A program made the position numbers and the translations under genes. Under the pieces are notes generated by a model. It was given only the letters and a program-made list of their open reading frames with translations, had not been told where the DNA came from and did not search any database. 64,000 nucleotides of DNA, from contig NEEC01000004.1 in assembly GCA_002189035.1 (NCBI GenBank), forward strand, positions 744,001 through 808,000. The letters are read 5' to 3'. Source of the stretch: Utricularia gibba (Eukaryota; Plantae; Magnoliophyta). Within the stretch, counting starts at the first letter, position 1. The number at the start of each line of letters is the position of its first letter. This document shows positions 1 to 10,806 of the stretch, in pieces.

Positions 1-515
1 TTGTACGTTATGCGTTAGCTGTTGTCCATAGGCGGCATAAAGTGGGAATCTATCCAATGGAATCTGAGGATCCTACGAGATATTCAACTCGCATTAACTG
101 AAATATTTTTTGTGCATTAAATTAAAAGAAAAAATATTATGGAATTAACTTTTTTAAAATATTTTTTTAATCAAGAAGTTTCTTTTTTTTGTTTTCGAAA
201 ATTAGGAGGAATAAAAGAGAGGCAATATAATAATAGAAAGCTTTTAAAGGGGAAAGATTTGCGGGGGCTTTCTCTCTGATTGGGCGAAAAAAAGGTAAAG
301 GGGGCTCTGGTTGAATGATCCAATCCTGTGTCTCGACCGCAGTCGTCCGTCAAACCTAGATTTCGTGTGTGGATCCTCATCTGCTCCGCCATACACTCGT
401 CGCGAACTGGACTTCTCCGATATCTATGTATTGGGCGACAGTGCGATTTAGGGTTTCTTTTCGTCTCTGTTTTATTCCTCGGCGCGGGTTGATTTAGTCG
501 CCCGACTCTGTGCCG

Positions 516-3500
516 ATGCTCGCCGTGCTTGGGTTTTGATTGTTTTCTTTGCTATTGTTCGTCATAAATGGAGGAATGCGGCGGCGAAGGAGGAGGAGAT
601 TTTGAGGCTTGTAGCTATGGCTTCCGAAGAAGAGGCGGAAATTGCGATGCGAGAAAAGGATGAATCTTCTGAATCTCCTCCTCCGGACCAGCTGACCCAG
701 CTTCAGCAGCGTTATTATTGTGCCGTTTGTCTTTCCGCCACCACCACTAGGTGCTCTCAGTGCAAGGCTGTAAGATACTGGTGAGCGCTTTTTGTACTTT
801 ATTTGTGTTTATGCATCGTTTTGGCTGATTGAATGTAAACTGATATGGGAACGGATCTGTAGCTTGCAATTCTATATATTCTCGATTTAAAGTTAATCAA
901 TTTTCAGTTACTTTATTTGAGATTATGGTCTAGTTTGTGTACTTCTTTTTTGAAGTTTTGTTCTTTGAGCTCAAAAAGAGTGTTGTTCTAATATATGATG
1001 TTTTATTAATTGCATTATATGAACGTTATTCAGTCTAGACTCCTCTTTTTGATAGCTCGGGAAAGTGTCAGATAATTCACTGGAGGAAAGGTCACAAGTA
1101 TGAGTGTCGACCTGCAGCTCTATCTCGTGTTAGCATTGGAAATGAATGTTTCGCGGCAGGTGTTTCTCGTAATCAGGATGAGATGCCTATTAATGATGAA
1201 GAAAGACATCTTCTTGCAGATCATGGAATTGTAAATTTCAAAACTTCGAGTGATTCAGTGCCTTCGTTTTCCTATTCCTCGGAACAAAGTGAAGTCGCTT
1301 CAACCAGTGAGATTCATGACTCAGATTCTCAATTTGGGTCAGTCCAAACAAGTTTTGAAACCACCTATTCTCATTCTTCTGAACCTACGGACTCCAATGT
1401 AGTCGATACCCACAAGCAGTCTGTATTGAATGGTGCACATTATGTACCCTTGAGTAAGAGAACTGATGGTACAGTGTTAGAAGAGCTTGTCCTGGAAAGC
1501 TCTGATGTGAGGAGTATGCCGCCTTATAGTTCTATGAGAACTTTTTCTTCATCAGAAGCTCAAAGAGCTCGACCGTTTTCAGATAGTGGAGATGTGATAA
1601 AATCCTTTTACAGGGGGGGATCAGGCAAGCGTCAAGTAATAGATACGGAGCTAAAGAATTCTTACTGTTCAAGACCTGCAAGCATTGCATCCTCTATACA
1701 GAACTGGAAAAACGAGGCTCAAATGTCCATTTCTAAGGAATCGCGACCTGTGTTGTATAGGAGTTCAGGAAATGATCAAAATAATAGCAGGAAGCCTGAT
1801 ATATTGCGTTCGTTTATTCATGAGACAGGGCCAAAGTCTAGTAACAAAGGTCTGAAAACATTCCGAAAATTTGTAGAAAACTTCAAGGCTTCAAAGCAAT
1901 CAACCCCCTATATAGTTGATATTGGCAAGAACTCGAAAGACATTTACAGCAAACAGGTTATCATCCTTTATTGTGTCGTCAAGTTTCATTAATCGAACAG
2001 CTCTTATTTTTTTGTATGTCATCTAAAGGATTTTTTTCTATTACAGGTTTTAGTTCTTCCCAATATTTTCCCGCAGTTGTATTCCTTTAGTACTGTAGAA
2101 CTTCAGCCGTTTGGCCTGACAAACTGTGGAAACAGGTGCCTCATATTTTAAAATATCATTATTTGTCACACGCTCTGAAGCAATTTATACTGCAATATAT
2201 GTATTATTTTCTCGTGTTATATTGGTTGTATTTTTTTTGTAAGAAAAGCAATGCATTACTTCTATGTACTAATCAGCTTGTTTATTCGTGTTACAGCTGC
2301 TATGCAAATGCAGTGCTACAGTGCCTCGTTTTTACACGGCCTCTGGCTTCTTATTTTCTGCAGGGGTTGCACTCTAATACCTGTTAGTATATCTGTATGG
2401 CTGTGCTGTGTTTAAGATCTATGATGGCTTGCCTTTTTATCTCTGAATTCTGTTTCCCATATCTTTAGGTCGTAAGAAGGATTGGTGCCTTGTCTGTGAG
2501 TTCGAACATCTGACAAGAAAGGGACAAAGAACACACTATCCTCTGTCTCCTGTTAGAATCTTGTCTCAAGTAAAACGAATCGGGAGTCATCTAAGTGTAG
2601 GGCAACAAGAGGATGCACATGATTTCCTGAGGTTGTAAAAATGTTTCACATTTTGAGGGATTCCAGTGAAAGTTCATTTCTAACTGTTTTTGTTCTTGGT
2701 TCAGAAATCTTGTGGAGAAGATGCAATGTATATGGCTTGAAGAAGCTGGGCTTTCTGGATCTTTGGCTGAAGATACGACCCTTCTTGGCCTGTGTTTTGG
2801 TGGTTATTTACAATCTAAGGTTTGACTACATTTGGTGGATCCTTTTATGCCAGACATAAGGATCGAATTTGCTCATTGTGGTGTACTACATTTTTTTCTT
2901 CGAAGTAATACGTGTTTTTTCCAGATAAAATGTATGAAGTGTTCTGGAAGGTCAGAGCATTGTGACCGTGTCATGGATCTTGCTCTGGAGATAACTGGAA
3001 ATATTTATTCGCTCGAAGAGGCTCTTGCTCAATTTACAATATCTGAAACACTCGGTGGTGATGATAAGTATAAATGTGGCAGGTTAGGGCTTTGGAAACA
3101 AACTAAATTTACATTATATTTTGGTGGTTTTAGATGATTCCTCATCTGCCATTGCATTTCATTGCGATTTGAATTACAATAAGATTTTTAAAAAGGATGT
3201 ACAGATGATTAATTGTGCACGTAAAATCTGCTGCGAGATTGTATATCTAGAATTGATTTTATTCCGACTGTGTGTTGAATGGTTATCATTTGTATGTCTT
3301 CAACTGTTACTGATAGATTTTTCAAATGAAGGTGCAAATCTTATCAGAAGGCTAAGAAAAAACTGACTGTTGTGGAGGCTCCCAACATTCTTACTATAGT
3401 TCTGAAGCGTTTCAAGGTATCCATCTTGACAACTTTACGAGTTTACTTCATGAAATCTGACACTTATTCACAATTTTGATACAGTCTGGCAACTCAGAAA

Positions 3501-4421
3501 AGCTGAATAAGTTTGTTCGGTTCCCTGAGGATTTGGATTTGACTCCTTATATGAGCAAATCGGGTGATGAATACCCACTGTATAATCTATATGCTGTGGT
3601 TGTTCACTTGAATACGATGAATGAGTCTTACAGTGGTCACTACATAAGCTATGTGAAAGATTTCAGAGGAGCATGGTATAAAGTTGATGATTGCAAGGTA
3701 TTGTGGCTTTTGATGTTTACAGTCCTGTCCTTGTCTTTGGTCACAATGGCGTGTGATTCCTTCATAATAGAAGTTGGCATCTTAAAATGCTGCAATTCTT
3801 TCTCAAGATTTACTGAAACGTTATGTCCTGATAACAAACTGAAACCCGATAGAATACTTTTCTTGGTCTTTCACTCGAGCAAAATGGAGATTGAGCCTGA
3901 GAAATTCCTCTTCCAGGTTAGCCATGTGGACGTGGAGGCCGTACTATCCGCTGAAGCGTATATGCTTTTCTATGCAAGGTGATTTCATTTCGCATTTAGT
4001 TGTTACAGATGGTTTCCCTTCTTTCTATATGTTAAAACTTTATATGGTGTCCTTTGGCAGGCATGCAGTACGGATACATTCCTTTGTTTTGAACGGCAAC
4101 ATGTATCCTGATTGTGACAACAAAATGAGCACAGAACCCAATTCTGCCCATAGCAACGCCAAGCACAAAACCTCCAAATCCAAACCGAGTTCCCAGTACC
4201 CAGAGCAGTCCATAGAACATCCCTATTGGAGACCACCTAATGACTTCTTTGGCAGCTCCAGGGACGAGAGTGAGTGGAGGAATTCTACGCACAGGAACCC
4301 AGTGCTGGATTCATCAAGTGATAATTCTTCAATCTTTAGTACATCAGATTCCGGGTCCTACAGCACAGACAGCACCAAGGACTCCGAAATATCTGGATAC
4401 ATATTTGGATACCAACCGTAA
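516..4421 (+). CDS. UBP17: Ubiquitin carboxyl-terminal hydrolase with N-terminal TM and zf-MYND (UBP16/UBP17-like), about 11 exons; needs +1 base at about 531-536
   Basis: Spliced exons give MYND finger CAVC..TTRCSQCKAVRYC/SGKCQIIHWRKGHKYEC, Cys box GLTNCGNS/CYANAVLQCL, QQEDAHDFL, His box YNLYAVVVH..SGHYISYVK, AYMLFYAR. ATG at 516 (MLAVLGF) is one base out of frame with LIVFFAIVRHKW. Stop at 4419-4421. Confidence 0.9.
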
Positions 4422-5284
4422 ATTTTATGGGTAAGGGAACATGTGTGATCCCGTCATTTCCATAACCAGGATACGAAAGCTACAGGAAATCATCCCAGTG
4501 TCTACTGAGAATTGCCTGGTTTTCTTGTCTACACAAGGGGCAAGCTGAATGAATTGGGGTGGATGAACCCCCTCCAGAGCAGGGCATGCCATGCCATGCC
4601 GTGTCCTTGTGTTACATTAAACTGGGGATCAGCAACATTGGAATTCTGCAGTTTCACCAGTCATTCTGATAAGAACTGCAGAGGCTGATCATGGCTCCCA
4701 TACAAGGACTCAGGAGCGAGAGGCAGGGCCATGTCTCGAGCTATCATCGTCCGTGTATATACATGTCTACAATGCATGTCAACCTCCGAGTACATCCTCG
4801 ATCACCTGAATCTAACCTCTTTGTATTTCGTCTAGCTTTACAGAATGGCTGCACCTTCACTGAACTGCCTGATCTTCTGCCGCATCCAAAGGGAGGGCGG
4901 TTCAAGGAGATGAACACAAAACATTTTTTGAGCGTTTTGGGTTGAGGCCAGTGGGTGTCTGGATGCATGTAGCTGTTTTGTATTTATCCTCATTTTGAGC
5001 GCGGACATAGCCGGTATCTTGTTATGAATTCACTTGTATCCATCTTAATTCAAGTGCTCAGATTAAATATGAAAATGGCATGCAAACAATGCATGTAGCT
5101 GCATAAAGTGTACGGTGATACACTGCCTCAATCCTTGAACAATCTCAAGTGAAGCAGAACAGAAGAGGGATGATAGCGAGAGATACAGAATTCCAACACA
5201 AAGCAAACAACTGATAAAGTAAGATAGAATAGTGAGCAGCACAGTAGACAGATATCTCATGAATCAGTACGATGGTGGTGATGA

Positions 5285-5785
5285 TTAGGGAAGATCCTTG
5301 GCAACTGCGGGAATAGACGGGATTGCTTCAAGTATTGGCTTTGGAAGCGTAGCCGGGAATGGAATCTTTGGAAATTCCAATTCAGTGGTCTTCGGTATTG
5401 GCAAGGTTGGCAGTGGTACTGGCTCTTCTCCCAGTTTTGGCAACTCTGGTAAAATCAACTTCGGGTAATTTGGAAGTTCTGGTAATATAGGCTTTGGCAA
5501 CTCAGGCAGCTCAGGTGGCACTATCCCCTGCTTTGGAAACTCTGGAAATGGAGGTAACTTTGCAGGAATTTCCGGCTGTGTCGGCTTCAGTAAAGGCGGC
5601 AACTCCGGCACCGGCTCCGTTCCAGGCAACTCAGGCGGCGGTGGAGTGGCGTATATCGTCCCTTCAGACAGTACTGGGATCACTGGCACCGACAGCAGGC
5701 TCCGAGCCTCCGAGCCCTGGTAGACGCTTGAGAAAGAGACCACCATACTCAAACAGAGAGCAATGTGGAAGCTGGTAGCCGCCAT
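5285..5785 (-). CDS. Secreted proline-rich cell-wall protein with PELPK-type repeats
   Basis: Intronless 166 aa ORF with signal peptide (MAATSFHIALCLSMVVSFSSVYQGSEAR) and repeated PELPxLPKP motifs. TATA-like TATATAA about 60-70 nt upstream on the minus strand. Confidence 0.9.
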   Translation of the reverse strand: MAATSFHIALCLSMVVSFSSVYQGSEARSLLSVPVIPVLSEGTIYATPPPPELPGTEPVPELPPLLKPTQPEIPAKLPPFPEFPKQGIVPPELPELPKPILPELPNYPKLILPELPKLGEEPVPLPTLPIPKTTELEFPKIPFPATLPKPILEAIPSIPAVAKDLP

Positions 5786-6088
5786 GGATGAGAAATAGTT
5801 AGCAGGTTTTGTTTCATCTTGACCCTCACCTGCTTTCCTTCCTTATATAATGCACACAGTCCGAGGACTGACGAGAAGTTGGTTGGGATACAGATCTGGT
5901 AAGTGCGATAACAGCCCCGGTAGCTCAACCCTGCGCATATTTCGTACAACTGTTCAAATGTTGGTGAAATGCAGTTCAGCGGTTTCCTCTCAGAACCTCG
6001 TCCTTACGAAATAGAGTATTTGAACATGAAGATTCTTTTTTTAGAAGTGAAAGATGGTGTTTGCAGATTCTCATTTAGGATGCCCCGA

Positions 6089-6697
6089 TCAGGGACAGAA
6101 AGCGCACTTATCGATGACTAGTTTGAGAGCTCGTCTCAGCATGGCTAAGCCCACGTCAGTCTGGTTGTGGATACCGAGTCTGATCCACAGAACACTCATG
6201 GTTCTTCCCCAACTGTGGACATTTCTGCTCTCACCACCTTCGCTTCCACGGACTTCAAGGCCTGCACCAGGTCCATCAGAATATCAGGTCTGTCTTCGCA
6301 GCACAAGGTCGCCTTGACGAGGCCCGGATCATCGCAGGGGCACAACTTGAGCTCATCTGTTTCGCTTGGGAACAACTCCAATTCTTCAGTTGAGCATGAT
6401 GACAGCTCCTGTGCCGCTTTGTTCAGCTCCTTTACCCTCCTCACTGCTTCTCCTAGCAGGGAAGCCTTGTCCGTCTGCAAAGAGAAGAAGATAAACGTCA
6501 GTTACAGATACATTCTCTCCCTGAGATTCAACCGGAGGAGCAAGTTAAGTTAGTAACCCCACCTTGACCACGTTGGGAAGAATGGTCTTGAGTGTGGCGA
6601 TGTGGCCATTGATCCGGTTTCGCCGGCGGCGTTCGGCCTCCTTGTGGCTGTTGCTGCTCGCGGCGGCTCTGGTCTCCATGTCCCCCCCGTCTTCCAT
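6089..6697 (-). CDS. bHLH transcription factor with C-terminal ACT-like domain (bHLH30/131-like), 2 exons; needs +1 G at 6207-6210
   Basis: Exon 1 (6697-6563) MEDGGDMETRAAASSNSHKEAERRRRNRINGHIATLKTILPNVVK. GT-AG intron 6562-6475. Exon 2 TDKASLLGEAVRRVKEL..ATLCCEDRPDILMDLVQALKS..RAEMSTVG, then GRTMSVLWI..LRRALKLVID in the shifted frame. Stop at 6089-6091. Confidence 0.85.
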
Positions 6698-8016
6698 CGT
6701 GCCCGAGTCAAGTCACTGGTACTGATCGGGAGGAGATGGATGGATAGAGTAGGAGGATGCATGGCGCGTTTTATAGCAGCTGCGCAGTCATCCATTCCAT
6801 GCAAAATTTGTCGTATTTTCACATTCTCTTTCGTCACACGGAGAAGAAAAAATAAAGTGTTCGCCGATCAACGAAATCGGACATCACGCATCATCTTTAT
6901 CGATCATATAAAAGAATCCACCGCCACCCCTTTTCAAAAACAACCAACTTGGACCAGCCCATGCCCAGAGACCATGGCCATGCCTTCAAATTCATGACAT
7001 TTAACTTTTGAAAGGCCAAAAATCCGTGCTAGCTTCTGATGATCAGGAGGAGTAGTCTGCGTCTCCGGGAGAATGGGTAGGAGGGCGCCAGGGCCAATGC
7101 AGACACGACCCCTTTCTTGGGATGCGGTGAACAAGTTGAAAAATGGCGGAAGAATTTAGGGAAGATCGCACACAAAAGCAGCCATCGGATCTGAGCAGAT
7201 CAAACCCCACCCCACCCACCACTTTCCCCACTCCAATTCAAACAAATGCCCAAAATTCAATCTTTAAATTTCCGACGTCCAAACGCCTCCGGGCACCGTA
7301 CTCGTAGCCCCCATCGGATATGCCGGTGATCCAAGTGTTTACTTTTCATAAACCCGACGGGCAGCTGATGCGTTTTAAAATATTATAAAAATATTCGATA
7401 ACATTTTAAATAATAATAATAATAATTTGGTAATCAAGAAAATTAGGAGCATTAGAGAAGTAAGTTTTGGTATAACCAAAACTAATTCGATCAAGTACAA
7501 AATGATTTTCAATCATTAAGAAAAATGTATTTTCAATTATTCATGATCTCGTATTAATTTTGATTATTAAGAAATTATTTTAAGGTTTTAACTGGGGAGT
7601 AGAACGAGGACATTTAAGTTATTGTCGTTTTGCTTCTAAATCATTCGTGATCTTTGCATAAGACGTCTTACTTTAGCACAAGGACAGGCATACGGATTCC
7701 ATGGGGGCCCTTTGTAGCCCCAATAGGTGCAGAGTTGTCCCCCCTCCACCTCCACAATGACTAAACCCATGCCCAAAAGGTACAGATGCAACTGGTACAC
7801 AGATTTGTGCTCGTGGATTCTGGAGTGGAGTGGAGGTCTCTAGTTTCTGGGTTGTGTTCTTTAACTGGAGTGTCTCCTTCCTTTGTTGTTTTGTTTATGG
7901 GGTGAGGCGTCTTGTGCTCATCTGGATCTGAGTAGTGGTTTTGGTGATAGTGAAGTTTCTGGTCTGTCTCTTCGTTTTATTTATTGCCCTTTAGCTCTAC
8001 ATCTCTTTGATCCGCT

Positions 8017-8026
8017 CCAAAAATGG
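8017..8026. promoter_or_regulatory. Perfect CArG box (CC[A/T]6GG) upstream of the MADS gene ATG
   Basis: CCAAAAATGG ending 66 nt upstream of ATG 8092. A few such 10-mers are expected by chance in 64 kb, so function is unproven. Confidence 0.35.
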
Positions 8027-8091
8027 CTAACTGACGCCATTTTGATTTCCCCCCTGCTGTTATCTTGAAACCCTTTTGAGAAATACATCCC

Positions 8092-9700
8092 ATGGCAAGA
8101 GAAAAGATTGAGATTAAGAAAATCGACAACACAGCGGCGCGGCAAGTTACTTTCTCCAAGAGAAGAAGAGGGCTTTTCAAGAAGGCTGAGGAGCTTGCGG
8201 TTCTATGTGATTCTGAGGTTGGCTTGATTGTCTTCTCGGCCTCCGGAAAACTCTATGAATACGCCAGCTCCAGGTTTTGTTTCTTTAAAGTAATGATTTT
8301 TTTCAGAACATTTCAAGACGACAGCTTTTTATGTGAGATCAGAGATCCATGGCTTCTTTTGTTTATTCATTTTTTAATAAATGAATCCATTCTATTGGAT
8401 GGGAGAATTGCTTGCTGGGATCCTATTGGAGAACAGTTTGCTGGTTCTTTTTTTTTTTAATACATACTTTAGAGCCAGAAGATCAAAATCCTGGCTTGGT
8501 TTCGTACGCACATTTAGTGCACCCATCGGTGTTGTGTTTACAGCTCAAGCTCAATGAATAAGACATGAACACACTTTTCACTTTTCTTCCATATCTTGTC
8601 CACGTGATCCAGATCCAATCTTTTTACTCTTTTTCATTCATTTTTATTTTCCCATGGTATTCAAGCTTATATCTTTAAAAGAGCCTATAAAACTTTGACA
8701 AGTTTAGATGAGAATGTTCGGTGCTTTGTTCCCAGCATGAAGGAAATACTGGAAAGGCGTGATTTGAATTCAAAGAACCTCACTGCAAATGGGCGACCTC
8801 CGGTTGGCATGCAGGTTCTGCTCTGTTTATGCAGATGTTTTTATTGCTTCTCAAGTGATGTGTTACATAAAGTATCTGATGTTCAGTTGGCCGAGGACTC
8901 CAATTACTCCAGACTGAGCAAAGAAGTTGCTGACAGAACCCGTCATCTCAGGTATACTGCATACCTATTTGCATGTGTATGTAGGCTTATGAAGTATCAA
9001 TCAACTCTCAATTAGGCTCATGAGAGGAGAAGAGCTACAGGGATTAAGTATTGAGGAGCTGCAACAACTCGAGACTTCCATTGAATCCGGATTAAACCGT
9101 GTCATGGAGAAGAAGGTCAGTGTTTCAATTTTCTAGCAGTTGCAGTGCCAACTCAAAAAATATTAAGAAGTTCCATCAAGCTTTTTGTGCTCAATCTGCT
9201 CAAACATGGCCATTCTCATTTCTCTAAACAATTACGGTTTTGTAGGGGGAGAAAATCATGAGCGAAATCGGACGGCTACAAGAAAAGGTCTGTGTGCTTG
9301 TGTGTTTCTCTTTTTCATTTCTTGATATCCGAACTTCTTTACTCAGGGAAAACAACTCATGGATGAGAACGAAAAGCTGAATCAACTGGTATATATACAC
9401 AACCGAAGCACAAAAACACATGAAACTCGCCTTATCCTATAAAAAAGTGTTTTTTTTTAACTTAAGGTGGCGGATATAGCCTACTATGGCAATGACATGG
9501 TAGCGGCAGAGTCGATGAACATGGGCAGCGATGAGGGCCCCTGGTCAGAGTCCTTGAGTTCCAGCTCGAACGGCCCTCCCCAGGGCTGCCATAGCTCTGA
9601 CGCTTCCCTTAAACTCGGGTCAGCAGTCATTGGCATTTCCATTTCATTCCTTACCATTATGTAACTGAGTTGGTTCTTAGATTCTGACAGGCTCCCATAA
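8092..9700 (+). CDS. SVP: MIKC MADS-box protein, SVP/AGL24/JOINTLESS (StMADS11) clade
   Basis: [44 protein letters not shown] domain; K-box exons [30 protein letters not shown]; C-terminal DASLKLG/LP* with final mini-exon 9691-9700. Confidence 0.93.
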
Positions 9701-10806
9701 TCTTGTCAACAAGGGGAAGGAAGGAGACGATGACCTGCATTTCTTGCCACGCTTTACCCGTCTGAACTTGCTCCACTTTTGTGATTCCATCTTTTCGGCT
9801 GTGTATTTCCTCCTGTGAAATGGTGCTGAACAGGTTGAGTCAGCAAACTCCCCACTTTTGTTCTGTTTTCAGTTCCTTGCGAGTACCATATAAGCCTGCA
9901 ACTTCGTTTTTTCTGCCATTTGCGTAATCTCTCACGCACACGAACTCGAAAAAAGGAATATAATGGGGGAAATAAACAAAGAAGCTAGAGTTCCTGTTTT
10001 CTGGGTAGTATGTAGCCCAGCCCAGGTATCATTTGTAAAAAAATGTCAACCTAGAGTGGGTGGCTGTCGGGATTTTAAAAATAAACTAGCTTTGGATTTG
10101 GTTGGATTTTCATGGTCGTTTGGATTTGTTTGCTTTCGATCTTTCGATGCAGAGGCGGCCACTCGCCAGAAATGAATGGAGTCGGCCGTACACATTCGTC
10201 TGCGACTGGACACGTCGTGGAGATAGAAATGGCACCACCGTTTTCTCTCTCTAGCTCGTGTCCCCAAAAAATGTTTCCGTTTGGGAGTAATCAGTAATCA
10301 AGGCCAACGGCTCCTGTCCCTTGTGAAAGCGACAGCCTCAAAAGCGCGATCAGTTGCCTGCAAATATTTCCATACTGAGGAAAATCGCAAGAGTTCGTTT
10401 CAGCCGCGGTGTTTATTCTGCGGGTGCCGATGCATAAAGTATGTGTCTGTGTGTCTTGATGGGCTTGGTTTCATTAACTTTTTGGAAGGAGACCCGACCT
10501 CAAAGTGGTCTTTTTTTCTTTGGGATGGTTTTCAGGAGTATTGATTGTAACAAGATAGCTCGTGGTTCGGATTTTCCCAGCGTAATTGTGAAAAGGGGCG
10601 GTCTTTAATTCTGTGATGGTAAACATAAGGGTGAGTGATTTATGAAGATGGCGATTTACATTCTCTCTCTTTGAGGAAAGCTACAGATTGTGTGGGGGGC
10701 TTTCGCGAAGACTGCTACCGGAGGCAGGCGCCCATTTCTTTCTTTTTCTGCTTTTTTTTTCTTCTGCGACTGTGGGAGAAGAAAAAAGCCAGATACTTGG
10801 AGCCTC

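Noticed and set aside
6550-6837. Upstream ATG at 6762 (MHPPTL..) as bHLH start
   Set aside because: Wrong frame, and only about 10 nt downstream of the TATA box, so probably upstream of the TSS. In-frame ATG 6697 is preferred.
10046-10267. Minus-strand ORF with HFYLHD, like a dirigent motif
   Set aside because: No other dirigent motifs or signal peptide; it lies in the O-FucT upstream region.
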